The notes: generated by a model not told the origin, from the letters alone. 64,000 nt of DNA from Candidatus Omnitrophota bacterium (GCA_041661605.1 JBAZUE010000001.1:414928-478927), one strand, 5' to 3'. Positions 38,274 to 50,060 are shown, numbered from the stretch's first letter. Made by a program: numbers and translations.

Positions 38274-39206
38274 TTATCCCTTAAACCAGGATATGGTACT
38301 CTTGAGCCCCTCATGCAGGCAAATAGCAGGCTCCCAAGAAAGCAATTCTTTGGCTTTAGTTATATCCGGCTGGCGCTGGCGAGGGTCATCAACAGGAAGC
38401 TGTTTATAGATTATTTTACTTTTTGAACCGGTTATCTTTAAAACCAGTTTAGCCAACTGCATTATAGTAAACTCACCGGGATTGCCTAAATTTACAGGCA
38501 GATTAATTTTTGAAAGCATTAAACGCATTAACCCTTCGACTAAATCATCAATATAACAGAAGCTGCGCGTCTGGCGGCCGTTGCCATAAACGGTTAAGGG
38601 CCTGTTTTTTATCGCCGAAAATATAAAATTCGGCACTACCCTGCCGTCATTATGGCGCATTCTGGGGCCATAAGTATTAAAGATACGGACAATCTTTGTA
38701 TCCAGTTTATGCACGCGCAGGTAAGCCATAGTAAGGGCTTCTGCAAAACGCTTGGATTCATCATAGCATCCGCGTACTCCCACAGGATTAACATGACCCC
38801 AATAGGTTTCTTTTTGGGGATGCACTAATGGGTCACCGTAAACCTCTGAAGTAGAAAACAACAAAAATACAGCCTTTTTCTTCTTAGCTAAACCCAGGGC
38901 GTTGTGCGTACCTAAAGAACCAACCTTTAGCGTCTGGATAGGAAAATCCAGGTAATCTTTAGGTGAAGCTAATGAAGCGCAGTGTAAAACATAATCCAGC
39001 TTACCCGCTATATCGATATAATCCGAGACGTTGCGCCGCTCAAATCGAAAATTTTTATGTTTAAATAACGCCTTGATGTTCTCCGGGGAGCCTGTGATAA
39101 AATTATCCAGGCAGATAACCGCATAATTATTACAAAGCAGCTTCTCGCACATGTGCGAACCGATAAAACCCGCCCCCCCTGTAATTAAGACTGTTTTTTT
39201 ACGCAT
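38274..39206 (-). CDS. UDP-glucuronate decarboxylase (UDP-xylose synthase)-like SDR
   Basis: [23 protein letters not shown]..., YDESKRFAE (YxxxK) and strong overall UXS-like sequence. The ATG at 39206 overlaps the upstream stop by 8 nt. Confidence 0.85.
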   Translation of the reverse strand: MRKKTVLITGGAGFIGSHMCEKLLCNNYAVICLDNFITGSPENIKALFKHKNFRFERRNVSDYIDIAGKLDYVLHCASLASPKDYLDFPIQTLKVGSLGTHNALGLAKKKKAVFLLFSTSEVYGDPLVHPQKETYWGHVNPVGVRGCYDESKRFAEALTMAYLRVHKLDTKIVRIFNTYGPRMRHNDGRVVPNFIFSAIKNRPLTVYGNGRQTRSFCYIDDLVEGLMRLMLSKINLPVNLGNPGEFTIMQLAKLVLKITGSKSKIIYKQLPVDDPRQRQPDITKAKELLSWEPAICLHEGLKSTISWFKG

Positions 39207-40134
39207 TTTGTTTCCAATAATCAACAGTAATCCTTAAACCGCTTACAAAATCAACAACAGGCTTAAATTTCAGCATCTTTTCAGACGCCTTTATATCAGC
39301 CAATGTCCTGAATACATCTCCCGGCCGCCTGCTAAGCAGTAAAGCCGGGATATTTTTTCCTAATATCTTATTTAATAGCTTAACTAAATCCAATATTGTA
39401 GTGTCCTTGCCGCCGGCAACATTAAAAACGCCGTATTTTAGTTTATTCGCCTTTACAGCCAGCAGGTTAGCCTCCACCACATTCTTGACAAAAGTAAAAT
39501 CGCGCGACTGCCTGCCGTTGCCAAAGACCGGCGGCCGCCGGCCTTTCAAGAGGCAATTAATAAACTTCGGGATAACCACCGCGTATTCATCATCAAGGGC
39601 CTGGCGCGGGCCAAAAACATTAAAATATCTCAGGGCAATTGCCGGCAACCCAAAATGCAGGCTGAATATCCTGCAATAATATTCACCTGCCAATTTGCTT
39701 AAAGCGTAAGGCGAGATAGGCTCAGGAATGAAGTTTTCTTTTTCGGGAAAAGTATTTACCTGGCCATAAACCGAGCTTGATGAGGCAAACACAAAACGCC
39801 TGACCTTGTTGCCTCTTGAAGCCTCAAGCATATTCAATGTGCCGTCGATATTGACCCGGTTATACGCATGCGGCTCACCCATGGATTTAGGGACACTTCT
39901 TAATGCCGCCTGATGCAGCACAAAATCGATTCCCCGCGTCGCTTTAAAACATGAACCGGGAGAGCAGATATCTCCTTTTATTAAATCAATTCTTTTTTCC
40001 AAGCCCCTAAGATTGGAGATCCTGCCGCTTGAAAAATTATCCAGCACTCGCACGTAATGCTTCTGTTTAACTAACTCCTCAACAATATGCGAACCGATAA
40101 AACCGGCGCCTCCGGTCACCAAAAACCTGCTCAT
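39199..40134 (-). CDS. NAD-dependent nucleotide-sugar epimerase (WbpP/TviC-like)
   Basis: [22 protein letters not shown] (YxxxK). It directly follows a WbpO/TviB-like dehydrogenase gene. Confidence 0.8.
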   Translation of the reverse strand: MSRFLVTGGAGFIGSHIVEELVKQKHYVRVLDNFSSGRISNLRGLEKRIDLIKGDICSPGSCFKATRGIDFVLHQAALRSVPKSMGEPHAYNRVNIDGTLNMLEASRGNKVRRFVFASSSSVYGQVNTFPEKENFIPEPISPYALSKLAGEYYCRIFSLHFGLPAIALRYFNVFGPRQALDDEYAVVIPKFINCLLKGRRPPVFGNGRQSRDFTFVKNVVEANLLAVKANKLKYGVFNVAGGKDTTILDLVKLLNKILGKNIPALLLSRRPGDVFRTLADIKASEKMLKFKPVVDFVSGLRITVDYWKQNA

Positions 40135-41441
40135 AACCGCTCCACCTTTTCTTTATGCGCCCCCTTAAAAACATTCCTGGAGTCAAATATAAGTTTTGCG
40201 TTTTTTAACAACCCGGCATAATCCACTCCGGAGTGATCGGTAGCGATTAAAACACAATCAAAACCAGAGATCTTCTTATCGTTGAGCGCCTCTGATTTTA
40301 AGTCGATATCCTTTAGCTTAAGAAAAGGTATAAGCGGGTCCGAATAAGCTACCCTGGCACCATGCCTTCTTAAGCTGTTAAGCACATCAATACTCGGAGA
40401 TTTACGTAAATCCTTCACATCCTTTTTATAAGTAACCCCCATGATTAATATCTTTGAGTTTTTGATCTTCTTATTGCGCCGGGCGAGAGCATCTTCGATT
40501 CTTTTTACGATATATTCAGGCATATGATTAATTATGTTTGAAGCAAGGCTGATAAAGCGTGAGTGAAAACCAAAACTTTTGGCCTTCCAATGCAGATACA
40601 GAGGGTCTTTAGGAATACAGTGCCCTCCTACCCCAGGCCCCGGATAAAAAGGCATAAAACCAAAAGGCTTGGTGCTGGCGGCCTGAACTACCTCCCAGAT
40701 GTCAATCTTCATTTTATGCGCCATCATCGAAAGTTCATCTATTAAACCGATATTAATCAGGCGGAAGGTATTTTCAAGAAGTTTTACTGTTTCGGCGCAG
40801 CGCGCACTGCTTACAGGAACCACCTGTTTAATAATAATACCGTAAACCAAGCCAGCCAGACGGGTAGCTTTGGGGCTTAAGCCTCCGATAACCTTAGGTA
40901 TCTTATGCACGGGAAATTTTCTATTTCCCGGATCAATCCTCTCAGGAGAAAAACAAAGGTAAAAATCTTTTTCATGCACAAAACCACGGGCCTGAAAAAT
41001 CGGCAGGATCTCCTCTTCTGTTGTCCCGGGATAAGTAGTGCTTTCTAAGATCACAAGCGCCCCTTTTTTTATGTGTAAGGCCGCTTCCTTTACCGCGTTT
41101 TTTATAAAGGAGATATCCGGAAGGTTTTTGCCTTTAAGCGGAGTAGGCACACAAACCAGGATTACATCCGCATCTTCAATATCCGAGAAGTCCGCGCTTG
41201 CCTTGAAATAACCGCCGGCCAGAATGTTTCTCAATTCTTTATTGCTGATATCGCTGATATAAGAAACTTTATTTATAATGGATTCAAGCCGGTCCTGGTC
41301 AATCTCGATACCGGTTACCGAAATTTTTTTCCTGGCAAACTCCAGGGCCAAAGGGAAACCCACATAGCCTAAACCTATCACGGCTATATTTAGCTGCCTG
41401 TTTTTAATCTTCCTGCCTAAATCCTGAATAACCTTATCCAT
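40131..41441 (-). CDS. Nucleotide-sugar dehydrogenase (UDP-N-acetyl-D-glucosamine/mannosamine dehydrogenase-like, WbpO/TviB/WecC family)
   Basis: IAVIGLGYVGFPLALEFA Rossmann motif and catalytic GVGGHCIPKDP. The start is set at the ATG at 41441 (MDKVIQDL...), overlapping the ugd stop by 8 nt. Confidence 0.8.
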   Translation of the reverse strand: MDKVIQDLGRKIKNRQLNIAVIGLGYVGFPLALEFARKKISVTGIEIDQDRLESIINKVSYISDISNKELRNILAGGYFKASADFSDIEDADVILVCVPTPLKGKNLPDISFIKNAVKEAALHIKKGALVILESTTYPGTTEEEILPIFQARGFVHEKDFYLCFSPERIDPGNRKFPVHKIPKVIGGLSPKATRLAGLVYGIIIKQVVPVSSARCAETVKLLENTFRLINIGLIDELSMMAHKMKIDIWEVVQAASTKPFGFMPFYPGPGVGGHCIPKDPLYLHWKAKSFGFHSRFISLASNIINHMPEYIVKRIEDALARRNKKIKNSKILIMGVTYKKDVKDLRKSPSIDVLNSLRRHGARVAYSDPLIPFLKLKDIDLKSEALNDKKISGFDCVLIATDHSGVDYAGLLKNAKLIFDSRNVFKGAHKEKVERL

Positions 41442-42732
41442 TTCCCCTGCCCACTCCAATATAGGTAAAACCCTTCTCTCTAAGCAGCCTGGGTTCATAT
41501 ATATTTCTCGCGTCAATAACCAGCGGCCGCTTGAGCAGCTTCTTTAACCTGGTAAAATCCATCTCCTTGAATTCATTCCACTCAGTGACCACAACAAGGC
41601 AATCAGCGGACTTGGCCGCCTGGTATAGATCATTGCAAAAAATAACATCTTTTAAGAAATCCTTTGCTTTCGCCATTGCCTTTGGGTCGTAAACCTTTAC
41701 CTTTGAGCCCTCTTGTATCAGGGCTTTAATCAAATCAATACTCGGGGCGTTCCTTAAATCATCCGTATTGGGCTTAAAAGAAAGACCCAATACCGCTATG
41801 GTCTTATCTTTTATAACCCAGAGTTCATCTTTAATCTTCTGCAAAACAAATTTCTTCTGCTCTTCATTAGTATTTCTTACAGCCTTAAGGATTCCAAAAT
41901 CATAGCCTAACTTTTCAGCGATATTTATAAAAGCCTCCAGATCCTTGGGAAAACAAGACCCGCCATAGCCGATTCCGGCGTGTAGAAAATGCCGGCCGAT
42001 ACGATTATCCAGGCCCATACCCTCGGCTACCTCTTTAACATCGGCCCCCACCTTATCGCAAATACGGGATATAGCATTGATAAATGAAATCTTAGTAGCC
42101 AGAAAAGCGTTGGAGGCATGTTTTATCAACTCGGCGGATTTTATATTGGTGACTAAAATCGGCCGGTTCAAAGGTTGATACAGGCTGCTCATTATCTGTT
42201 TTGCCTTAGCGCTCTCTACGCCCAAAATAATCCGGTCAGGATGAGTGAAATCATTTATCGCGGAGCCTTCTCTTAAAAACTCCGGATTAGAAACTACATC
42301 AAATTTATGGCCTTTCTTGACATAAGTGGAAATTGTCTTCTTGACCCAAGCGCATGTTTCAACCGGCACAGTGGATTTCTCGACAATAAGACGGTAACCG
42401 TCCATATTCAAAGCAATACTGCGGGCAACATTTTCTATCCCGGTTAAATCCGCCTCGCCGTTTTCAAGGGCGGGGGTACCTACGGCGATAAAAATCACCT
42501 CGCTGGACTTTACAGCCAAACTGATGCTTGAGCTAAATTTTAGCCTTTTGTTCTTAAGATTGAGCTTAACCATCTCCTCTAAACCAGGCTCATAAATAGG
42601 TACTATCCCCTTTTTAAGGTATGATATTTTCCTGGGGTCATTATCAGCACAGATAACTTTATTGCCTAATTCGGCAAAGCAGGCACCGGTAACTAAACCT
42701 ACATAACCTGAACCAATGATCGAAATATTCAT
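41434..42732 (-). CDS. ugd: UDP-glucose 6-dehydrogenase
   Basis: MNISIIGSGYVGLVTGACFAELGNKV ... GYGGSCFPKD ... GLSFKPNTDDLR. Confidence 0.9.
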   Translation of the reverse strand: MNISIIGSGYVGLVTGACFAELGNKVICADNDPRKISYLKKGIVPIYEPGLEEMVKLNLKNKRLKFSSSISLAVKSSEVIFIAVGTPALENGEADLTGIENVARSIALNMDGYRLIVEKSTVPVETCAWVKKTISTYVKKGHKFDVVSNPEFLREGSAINDFTHPDRIILGVESAKAKQIMSSLYQPLNRPILVTNIKSAELIKHASNAFLATKISFINAISRICDKVGADVKEVAEGMGLDNRIGRHFLHAGIGYGGSCFPKDLEAFINIAEKLGYDFGILKAVRNTNEEQKKFVLQKIKDELWVIKDKTIAVLGLSFKPNTDDLRNAPSIDLIKALIQEGSKVKVYDPKAMAKAKDFLKDVIFCNDLYQAAKSADCLVVVTEWNEFKEMDFTRLKKLLKRPLVIDARNIYEPRLLREKGFTYIGVGRGNG

Positions 42733-42758
42733 TTAGACGCCTCTTAAATTAAAATATT

Positions 42759-45005
42759 TTATTGCGAGCCGGATTTCTTTTCAGTCACTGACTGGTCAAA
42801 GCCGAATTCATTTTCAGGGAAGGCCTTAAGCCTGAAGACGCAGAATATAGTCGTTCCGGAAATCTCTTTTTTATTAAGGGTGATGTCCATCTCCCAGCAG
42901 TGCAGGTCGCGGGTCAAGGTATACTCCTGCTCCTGGAATCCGTAATCAAGTCCGCTAGAACCATCTTTAGAGTTTTTAAGATTAAACCGCTCATAAATAC
43001 CAAATTTCCATTTTGGGTTCAGTCGCCACTTTAAACCTAAGGTAATTTCATTACTGCCTTTTCTTTCATAGCGCTGTCCCATAGTAAACGAACGATCTTT
43101 GGCAAAATCAAAAGAGACATCATAATTAAATAAAGAAAACTTATTGTAATTAATATTTGTATGGTCCGAGTGCTCAAAGGTTGCATCGGATTCAAATCTT
43201 ATCCAGGAATAAGGCAATATCTTTAATTTAAAAAGAATATCATCAAAATTACTTTTTACTCCTTCACCTGCCCTTCGAGAAGATGCAGGAAAAAATGCAT
43301 TATCCCCTAACTTTGGATCAAGTACATAGTCAGTAGTAATCAAAAGGTCTACAAAATCTACGCTCTGGCCTTTGCGCTTAGTTTGTAATTTATTGGACAA
43401 ACCCAAAGTAGCGGTATTGCCCCGGTTTATCCCGTCAATGGTAGTATCGATCTGTTTTATATTGCTGATAGGAATAGTAGGCGGATGCGTATACAAATAC
43501 CCGATAGTAGGAGTAATAATATGGCGTAATCCATTAATATCCAAACCGAGAAAGTTGGAATTAACATTAAAAATACGGTAAAATTTAGTGCTCATATCAG
43601 CGCCGCTGTAGAAGATTGTACGCACAAACCCGTTTAGGCCGTTAGCTCCTCTATCATAAAAAGTCTGACGGCTGGAGACAAAAGGTTTAAATTGAATAAA
43701 ACTTATCTTGGTGGGTAAGGAAAGGGTATTTTTAGTATCTAGTCTAGTATCAGTAAGGCCATTATTAACTGCGGGATCCACCGAATCGCCCTTTTTACTA
43801 TTATAAGTGCCTAACTGGTTTATGCTTTCAAAATAAAACGGGCTTTCGCCTAATTGCAAGCTGGGGAGATTATAGTTTATTTCCGGCTTCTTCTCTATCT
43901 GGTTAAACCATTTATTAGTGCGCATTTGCAAAAGAACATCCAGGCTGGAATAATTAAAAGCATGGTGGAACAACGCATAGCTCAACGGCTGGGCATCTTT
44001 TTCATATTCGCGGAAGAAATAATCCTGCAGGAAATTACGGGTAGAAGGATAGCTTGTATCCTCTTTTCTTCTTTGGTCGGTAATCTTAAAGAACTCTGCG
44101 CTAAGATTAGTACGTTCATCAATATCCCATTTATGGCGCCAACGCGTAAAATAACGGTTATAATCAGATTTGGGAGGCCCTGTCGGCTGGTCAGGAGGCG
44201 TCTCTAGCGTATAATAGAATTTAAGGTCCCCTTTTCCGAACGGAGTTTTTACATAGTTCAGCTCAAAACCCTCGGCCCAGCCTAATTTATTGCGGTAATC
44301 AAGGAAAGCCTTGCCGCTTACTTTATCCGTAAGATTTATGCGCCAGGCGCTCAAAAGATACGGGCCCCAATCCTTACGTGTACCGGGTTCAACCTGCACA
44401 TGCATAAACGGCTCTTTCATTGAATAATTAAACCTCGGGAGATAAACCACCGGAACCGCACCAAGATAAATGGTGGTTTGCTTAGACTGCACCTTCTCTC
44501 CGGGAAACATGCTAATCTTTTTTGATGCCATGCGGTAATGCGGATGGTCAAAATTGCAGGTAGTAAAATAACCGCCCTTTGATACAAATTCGCTGTCGCT
44601 TACCTTTTCCACTTTCTTGGCTTTTCCAAAATAGGGGTTGGCGCGAAAATCCGCGTTATAGATTACCCCTGTTTTATTCGCAAAATCATAAACTATTCTT
44701 TCTCCGGTAACTACCCCTTTTTCATCCTCAAGCCGGGCGTTACCTTCGGCTAAACCTTGTTTTGACTGCATATTTACCTTTAGCTTATTACAGGTCAGCT
44801 TTGAACCCTTATAAATAACCTCAATGTTTCCGGTAGCAACAACCTCTTTGTTATCAGCGGAATACTCCACATTATCACCGTTAATAATTATAGGGGATTC
44901 TTTGTTATCCGCCGCATATAATAAATTGGCGCAGGGAAGAAAAACAAAGGCCAGTAAAACCAGCAGAAAATTAAATTTGGAGAAATTAAAAGACTTATTT
45001 AGCAT
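42759..45005 (-). CDS. lptD: LPS-assembly outer-membrane protein LptD (OstA family)
   Basis: A signal peptide, an OstA-N-like beta-jellyroll ([39 protein letters not shown]...[12 protein letters not shown]) and a long beta-barrel-like C-terminal region. Confidence 0.8.
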   Translation of the reverse strand: MLNKSFNFSKFNFLLVLLAFVFLPCANLLYAADNKESPIIINGDNVEYSADNKEVVATGNIEVIYKGSKLTCNKLKVNMQSKQGLAEGNARLEDEKGVVTGERIVYDFANKTGVIYNADFRANPYFGKAKKVEKVSDSEFVSKGGYFTTCNFDHPHYRMASKKISMFPGEKVQSKQTTIYLGAVPVVYLPRFNYSMKEPFMHVQVEPGTRKDWGPYLLSAWRINLTDKVSGKAFLDYRNKLGWAEGFELNYVKTPFGKGDLKFYYTLETPPDQPTGPPKSDYNRYFTRWRHKWDIDERTNLSAEFFKITDQRRKEDTSYPSTRNFLQDYFFREYEKDAQPLSYALFHHAFNYSSLDVLLQMRTNKWFNQIEKKPEINYNLPSLQLGESPFYFESINQLGTYNSKKGDSVDPAVNNGLTDTRLDTKNTLSLPTKISFIQFKPFVSSRQTFYDRGANGLNGFVRTIFYSGADMSTKFYRIFNVNSNFLGLDINGLRHIITPTIGYLYTHPPTIPISNIKQIDTTIDGINRGNTATLGLSNKLQTKRKGQSVDFVDLLITTDYVLDPKLGDNAFFPASSRRAGEGVKSNFDDILFKLKILPYSWIRFESDATFEHSDHTNINYNKFSLFNYDVSFDFAKDRSFTMGQRYERKGSNEITLGLKWRLNPKWKFGIYERFNLKNSKDGSSGLDYGFQEQEYTLTRDLHCWEMDITLNKKEISGTTIFCVFRLKAFPENEFGFDQSVTEKKSGSQ

Positions 45006-45654
45006 TATTAGCTTGGGGGATTTTCTTGTAGTCCTGCAGAAACCTGTCTATTCCGATATCCGTTAACGGATGCTTAATCAACTGTTCAATCACTGAATAA
45101 GGTATTGTGGCAATATCCGCTCCAATTAAAGCCGCTTTAAGCACATGCACCGGGTTACGCACAGAAGCGACAATTATCTGGGTATTGAAGCCGTAATTGG
45201 CGTAAATTTTCTTTATATCACTAATCAGATTGATCCCCTCCTGGGCAATATCATCAAGCCTGCCGATAAAAGGCGAAACATAGGTTGCCCCGGCCTTAGC
45301 TGCCAACAATGCCTGGACAGGAGAAAAACAAAGGGTAACATTGGTTTTAATACCTTCCGATGAAAGAATCTTGGCTGTCTTTAACCCCTCCTTGGTAAGC
45401 GGAACCTTAATTACAATATTTTTTGCCAGCTTAACCAACTGATGAGCTTCATTAATCATCCCGGCAGATTCAAGGCTGATTACTTCAGCGCTCACCGGGC
45501 CGCTGACCAAGGCGCATATCTCTTTTAATACCTGCTCAGGATTTCGCGCCTCCTTAGCCATGAGGGTAGGATTGGTTGTGACTCCGTCAATAAGGCCAAG
45601 GCTGGAAGCCTCTTTAATTTCTTTAACGCTTGCCGTATCAATAAAAATTTTCAT
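44995..45654 (-). CDS. Transaldolase type 3B / fructose-6-phosphate aldolase family
   Basis: [31 protein letters not shown] ... IKVPLT ... TLCFS ... SPFIGRLDD. Confidence 0.9.
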   Translation of the reverse strand: MKIFIDTASVKEIKEASSLGLIDGVTTNPTLMAKEARNPEQVLKEICALVSGPVSAEVISLESAGMINEAHQLVKLAKNIVIKVPLTKEGLKTAKILSSEGIKTNVTLCFSPVQALLAAKAGATYVSPFIGRLDDIAQEGINLISDIKKIYANYGFNTQIIVASVRNPVHVLKAALIGADIATIPYSVIEQLIKHPLTDIGIDRFLQDYKKIPQANNAK

Positions 45655-46577
45655 GCTAATAACCTCTCCCTGACTAAATATCCGGCGCCGATCAAGCCGG
45701 CATCGCTGCCCAAACCGGCCTTAAATACGCTTACCCTTTTTGCCTGTACGCTCATCGCGCGCAACCGGATAACCTGTTTGATACTCTCAAACAACGCCTT
45801 GCCCGCATAAGATATACCCCCGCCGATTACAATCGCATCGAGATTAAGCAGGTTCACTATCCCAGCTAAAACTAAACCTAACTTTTTACCAACTTCATCC
45901 CAGAATCTTACCGCTTTAGTATTATTGCTTCGGGCCAATTGGCTTATTTTTTCAAGGGTAATATCAGAACCGAATAATTTGCGGGCTTCTTTAATAATTC
46001 TGCCATTTCCCACATACGCCTCAAGACAGGCTTGAGAGCCGCAGCCGCAAACAGGCCCGCGCTCATTAAGCGGAATATGGCCGATTTCACCGGCAGCGTT
46101 ATCTTTTCCGCGATAAAGAGAATTGCCGATAATCAAACCGCCGCCAACTCCCGTACCTAATGTCAAGCATAAAACATTGCTGTAGCCCTTTGCCGAGCCG
46201 GCCTTATACTCTGCCAGGGCCATTAACTTAGCGTCATTATCAATAACAACCGGCAGGTTAGTTTTCCGCTCCAGGATCTCTTTAAGGCATACATCTTTCC
46301 ACCCCGGGATATTCGGTAGAAAATGCACTACTCCTTTAAAAGTATCAACCGGCCCGGGTAAACCGATACCTACGCCCAAAATAGAACCCTTGGATAATTT
46401 CAGCTTCGAAATAAAACTATTTATGGCAGCAACTATACTGCTGACAAGCTCCTCTTTGTTTTTAAAACTCTTTGTGCTGAATGAACTTTTAGCTTTAATT
46501 TTAAGACTGCTGTTAAGCAGAGCGCATTTTAAATTGGTTCCGCCTATGTCTATCGCAATAATAAATTTTTTAACCAT
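45651..46577 (-). CDS. ROK family sugar kinase (glucokinase-like)
   Basis: [21 protein letters not shown], and the zinc motif [24 protein letters not shown]. Confidence 0.85.
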   Translation of the reverse strand: MVKKFIIAIDIGGTNLKCALLNSSLKIKAKSSFSTKSFKNKEELVSSIVAAINSFISKLKLSKGSILGVGIGLPGPVDTFKGVVHFLPNIPGWKDVCLKEILERKTNLPVVIDNDAKLMALAEYKAGSAKGYSNVLCLTLGTGVGGGLIIGNSLYRGKDNAAGEIGHIPLNERGPVCGCGSQACLEAYVGNGRIIKEARKLFGSDITLEKISQLARSNNTKAVRFWDEVGKKLGLVLAGIVNLLNLDAIVIGGGISYAGKALFESIKQVIRLRAMSVQAKRVSVFKAGLGSDAGLIGAGYLVRERLLA

Positions 46578-46650
46578 TGTGGTATTCTATATTAAAACAC
46601 TCAGGTTTTCAAGGAGATTATTTCTATCGTAAGTCAGACTGATTGAGCAA

Positions 46651-47649
46651 TCAGGCTGGAGAAAAACAAACTTTATTCTTGCCGGTTTCCTTCGCCAGAT
46701 ATAAAGCCTTATCCGCCATTTCAATTAAATCCTGCATATGCTGCTGGTTGTTCTCCGGAAAGGTAGAAACACCGATACTTACAGTAACCTTCAATTCCTC
46801 ATCATAAGCCTTAATCACTGATGCTTCAATTGCCTGCCGGATACGTTCAGCAGCAAAAGAAGCCTGCTCCTTATCAGTTTCGGCTAAAACTATCGCCAGC
46901 TCCTCTCCGCCATAACGGCCGATAAAATCTATCTGCCTGACCATATCACTTATGGTCTTGGAGACCTGCCGCAATATGGCGTCACCGACCAAATGCCCAT
47001 AATGGTCATTAAATTGTTTAAAATTATCCAAATCAATCATAAGGAAGCAAAGATGCAGTTTGTTCTTCCTGGAGCGCTTAAGCTCTTCGCTGAAACGTTC
47101 CAGAAAATACCTCCGGCAATAAACCTGAGTAAGAGAATCGGTAATCGCCAGGTCTTGAACCTTTTGGTAAAAAAGCGCCCTTCTAAACCCGATCAAAAAC
47201 TGCTGCGAGAGAATCCCGAACTTCTCCTTGTCCGTATCCAAAATACCGTCCACTGCAAGATAACCGGCAACCTGGTTCTCCTCTGTATTCAAGGGCAAAA
47301 TCATATAATCCTTATATTTAATCAGGCCCGAATTATCTTTGATGTACTGGCAGTCTTTAATGTTGATATGCTTCTTCAGGTTATCGCAAAAGATAGCGAA
47401 AACTTTTTCCTCATCCAGGCTCTTGCAGATATCCATGGTTAATTCATAAAGCGCCAGGGTCTCGGCAAAAATCTTATTAAGCCCGGTGTTCTCCGCATCC
47501 AAAGATAGTTTTTCCTCCTCCAGAGCATTAAGCTCTTTAAATAAATCAGCGGAGGCGGAATTCCTACGCTTAAGGCGGCCGGATAATAAATCATGCAGAT
47601 AAACAGCCCAGCTAATTGTTAAAATCAAAAATAATATTATATATAACAT
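46651..47649 (-). CDS. Membrane-anchored diguanylate cyclase-type protein (GGDEF domain with a GGEEL motif)
   Basis: N-terminal TM helix and a sensor-like middle region, then DSLTQVYCRRYF...DLDNFKQFNDHYGHLVGD...GRYGGEELAIVL. Confidence 0.85.
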   Translation of the reverse strand: MLYIILFLILTISWAVYLHDLLSGRLKRRNSASADLFKELNALEEEKLSLDAENTGLNKIFAETLALYELTMDICKSLDEEKVFAIFCDNLKKHINIKDCQYIKDNSGLIKYKDYMILPLNTEENQVAGYLAVDGILDTDKEKFGILSQQFLIGFRRALFYQKVQDLAITDSLTQVYCRRYFLERFSEELKRSRKNKLHLCFLMIDLDNFKQFNDHYGHLVGDAILRQVSKTISDMVRQIDFIGRYGGEELAIVLAETDKEQASFAAERIRQAIEASVIKAYDEELKVTVSIGVSTFPENNQQHMQDLIEMADKALYLAKETGKNKVCFSPA

Positions 47650-48920
47650 ACCCTGTTTCTTCCTTTTCGCTTAGCATCATACATGGATTTATCCGCTTTT
47701 TGGACTAATTCATCTTCGTCTTTTGTGTCAAGCGGCAGGCAGGCCAGGCCGATGGAAACCGTAACAGATGTATTTTGACGCCGCAGCAGGATCTTTTCAC
47801 TTTGAATCCTCTGGCGTAGATCCTCGGCTATCGCCAATGATCTTTGTTTATCTAACCCCGGCAGCATAACCAAAAATTCCTCTCCGCCAAACCGGCATAA
47901 AAGAGGCCTAAACTGGCTTAAGGTATTATTCAGTAAAAAACTTACCTTCTTTAAAACAATATCTCCGGCGGTATGGCCGAATTGATCATTATATTGCTTG
48001 AAGAAATCAATATCGATCATCATTAAAGACAAACGCTGATCCAGCCGAAGGCATCTTTTGGCTTCATCTTTTAACCTGCTGATAAAATACTGTTTGGTAT
48101 AAAGCCCGGTCAGGTCATCGTGTATAGCCAGATCCTGGGTCTTCTGAAAGAGCAGGCTGTTTTCCAGGGCTACCGCGCCAAGCCCTGAGACTAAAGAAAG
48201 AAAACGCAGGTCATCCTGATCAAAAGAACCTTTCTTGCCGCTTTCAAGGCGCAGCAGGCCAAGCAGGGAATGATGGCTGATCAAAGGAGAGCTAATCAAG
48301 GATAAAATCGGCCGCATCTGCTGGGCGCGCACCATATCTAAATCAAAACGAAAATCATTTTTTAAGTCTTCTATGATAAGCTCACGGGAATGCCTTAATA
48401 CCCAATAATCAAAGATATCGCCCTCTTTGGAGCGAATAACTATATGGCTGTCTTCTTTTATGGAATGGATGAGGTTTAATTTCTGGCCATGATTATCCAG
48501 CAGATAGAAAAGCGCATTTCCCCGGGAATTTGAAATTAAATTATAAACAGTGGAGGTTAATACGTTAACAACGAACTCAAGCCTTAAGCTGCGGTTAAGT
48601 TCCTCAATAAAGTTCTTCAGGTTGTCATAACGGGTGATCTTGAATTTTAACGAGGCCCCGAACTCCCGGGCTTTTTTGATCTCAACGTTGGCAAGATTTA
48701 TCTGCTCTTTAATATTTTCAATCCGGGAAGCAGCCAAAGAATCTTTGTCGGAAAAGAAACGCAGTAACGAGGAAATAATAAGGATATTTATTGATATAAA
48801 AATAAAAAGGATAACCAGATTAATTCTTTGGCGAGAGAAAAAAAGACAGATTATCAGAAGAATAACACAGGCTAACGATAAAAGTAAGCAGATCTTTTTT
48901 CGAAAGATACCCTGCTGCAT
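47637..48920 (-). CDS. Membrane-anchored GAF-like/GGDEF diguanylate cyclase (GGEEF)
   Basis: Two N-terminal TM helices and a GAF-like region, then DDLTGLYTKQYF...DIDFFKQYNDQFGHTAGD...CRFGGEEFLVML. Confidence 0.85.
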   Translation of the reverse strand: MQQGIFRKKICLLLSLACVILLIICLFFSRQRINLVILFIFISINILIISSLLRFFSDKDSLAASRIENIKEQINLANVEIKKAREFGASLKFKITRYDNLKNFIEELNRSLRLEFVVNVLTSTVYNLISNSRGNALFYLLDNHGQKLNLIHSIKEDSHIVIRSKEGDIFDYWVLRHSRELIIEDLKNDFRFDLDMVRAQQMRPILSLISSPLISHHSLLGLLRLESGKKGSFDQDDLRFLSLVSGLGAVALENSLLFQKTQDLAIHDDLTGLYTKQYFISRLKDEAKRCLRLDQRLSLMMIDIDFFKQYNDQFGHTAGDIVLKKVSFLLNNTLSQFRPLLCRFGGEEFLVMLPGLDKQRSLAIAEDLRQRIQSEKILLRRQNTSVTVSIGLACLPLDTKDEDELVQKADKSMYDAKRKGRNRVCYI

Positions 48921-48954
48921 ATAGCCTTTTAATTAAGCCAGGAATTTTAAAAAC

Positions 48955-50058
48955 CTAGACAATAGTCTCTTCGGTGTTTTTATCGAAAAAGTGAACCTTG
49001 CTCATATCAAAGACTACTTCCATCTCCTGGTTGACTTTCGGCCGGTCATGCGCACCGACGCGGGCAATAAAGGTATGCCTGCCGGTATTAAGATAAAGAT
49101 AAACCTCCGAACCCATTGGCTCAAATACCTCGCAGTTTACCTTGACAATGTTCTCAGGCGGCGCATCAGAAACAAACAATTTATCATATATATCTTCGGA
49201 ACGGATACCAAAAAATACCTCGTTACCAAGATAATTGCCCATCTTCTTATACATATCCTCAACCAGTTTAACCTGGATTTTTCCTTCATCAAAATACAAC
49301 CTTCCTTCTTTCTTGATAATCTTCCCCTGCATAATATTCATCGGCGGAGAGCCGATAAAACTGGCGACAAACTTATTCTTCGGGTGGTCGTAAACGTCGA
49401 TAGGATCTTCCAGCTGGTTAAGTACTCCGTCTTTCATTACCGCGATACGATCTCCCATAGTCATAGCTTCAACCTGGTCATGAGTTACATATATGATTGT
49501 AGTCTGCAGCCTTATGTGCAATTTATGAATCTCCGTGCGCATCTGTACGCGCATCTTGGCGTCGAGGTTGCTTAAGGGTTCATCAAACAAGAAAACCATT
49601 GGTTTACGCACGATAGCTCTTCCTACCGCCACCCGCTGGCGTTCTCCTCCGGAAAGCTCGCGCGGCTTACGATTCAACAGGCGCTTAATCCCCAATATAT
49701 CCGCTGCCTCACCTACCCTCTGGATAATCTCCTGCTTAGGGATATGCCTGAGCCGCAGGCCAAATGACATGTTCTCAAAAACAGTCATATGCGGATAAAG
49801 GGCGTAATTTTGAAAAACCATGGCAATATCACGGTCCTTAGCCGGCACATCATTAACCCGTTTATTGCCTATAAAAATATCTCCCGAGGTTATTTCTTCA
49901 AGGCCGGCAATCATCCTTAAAGTAGTGGATTTACCGCAGCCCGAAGGCCCTACCAGGACCATGAATTCTTTATTTTCAATACCCATGTTCACATTGTTAA
50001 CCGCCGAGACATTCCCCGGAAAAGTTTTGCAAACATTCTTTAAACTTACCTGAGCCAT
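48955..50058 (-). CDS. ABC transporter ATP-binding protein, MalK/UgpC/MsmX sugar-importer type
   Basis: Walker A GPSGCGKST, Q-loop, signature LSGGERQRVAVGRA, Walker B VFLFDEPLSNLD, and a C-terminal MalK-like regulatory domain. Confidence 0.9.
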   Translation of the reverse strand: MAQVSLKNVCKTFPGNVSAVNNVNMGIENKEFMVLVGPSGCGKSTTLRMIAGLEEITSGDIFIGNKRVNDVPAKDRDIAMVFQNYALYPHMTVFENMSFGLRLRHIPKQEIIQRVGEAADILGIKRLLNRKPRELSGGERQRVAVGRAIVRKPMVFLFDEPLSNLDAKMRVQMRTEIHKLHIRLQTTIIYVTHDQVEAMTMGDRIAVMKDGVLNQLEDPIDVYDHPKNKFVASFIGSPPMNIMQGKIIKKEGRLYFDEGKIQVKLVEDMYKKMGNYLGNEVFFGIRSEDIYDKLFVSDAPPENIVKVNCEVFEPMGSEVYLYLNTGRHTFIARVGAHDRPKVNQEMEVVFDMSKVHFFDKNTEETIV

Positions 50059-50060
50059 TT

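Noticed and set aside
48991-49575. 194-aa plus-strand ORF
   Set aside because: Antisense shadow of the ABC ATPase gene. No motifs and no SD.
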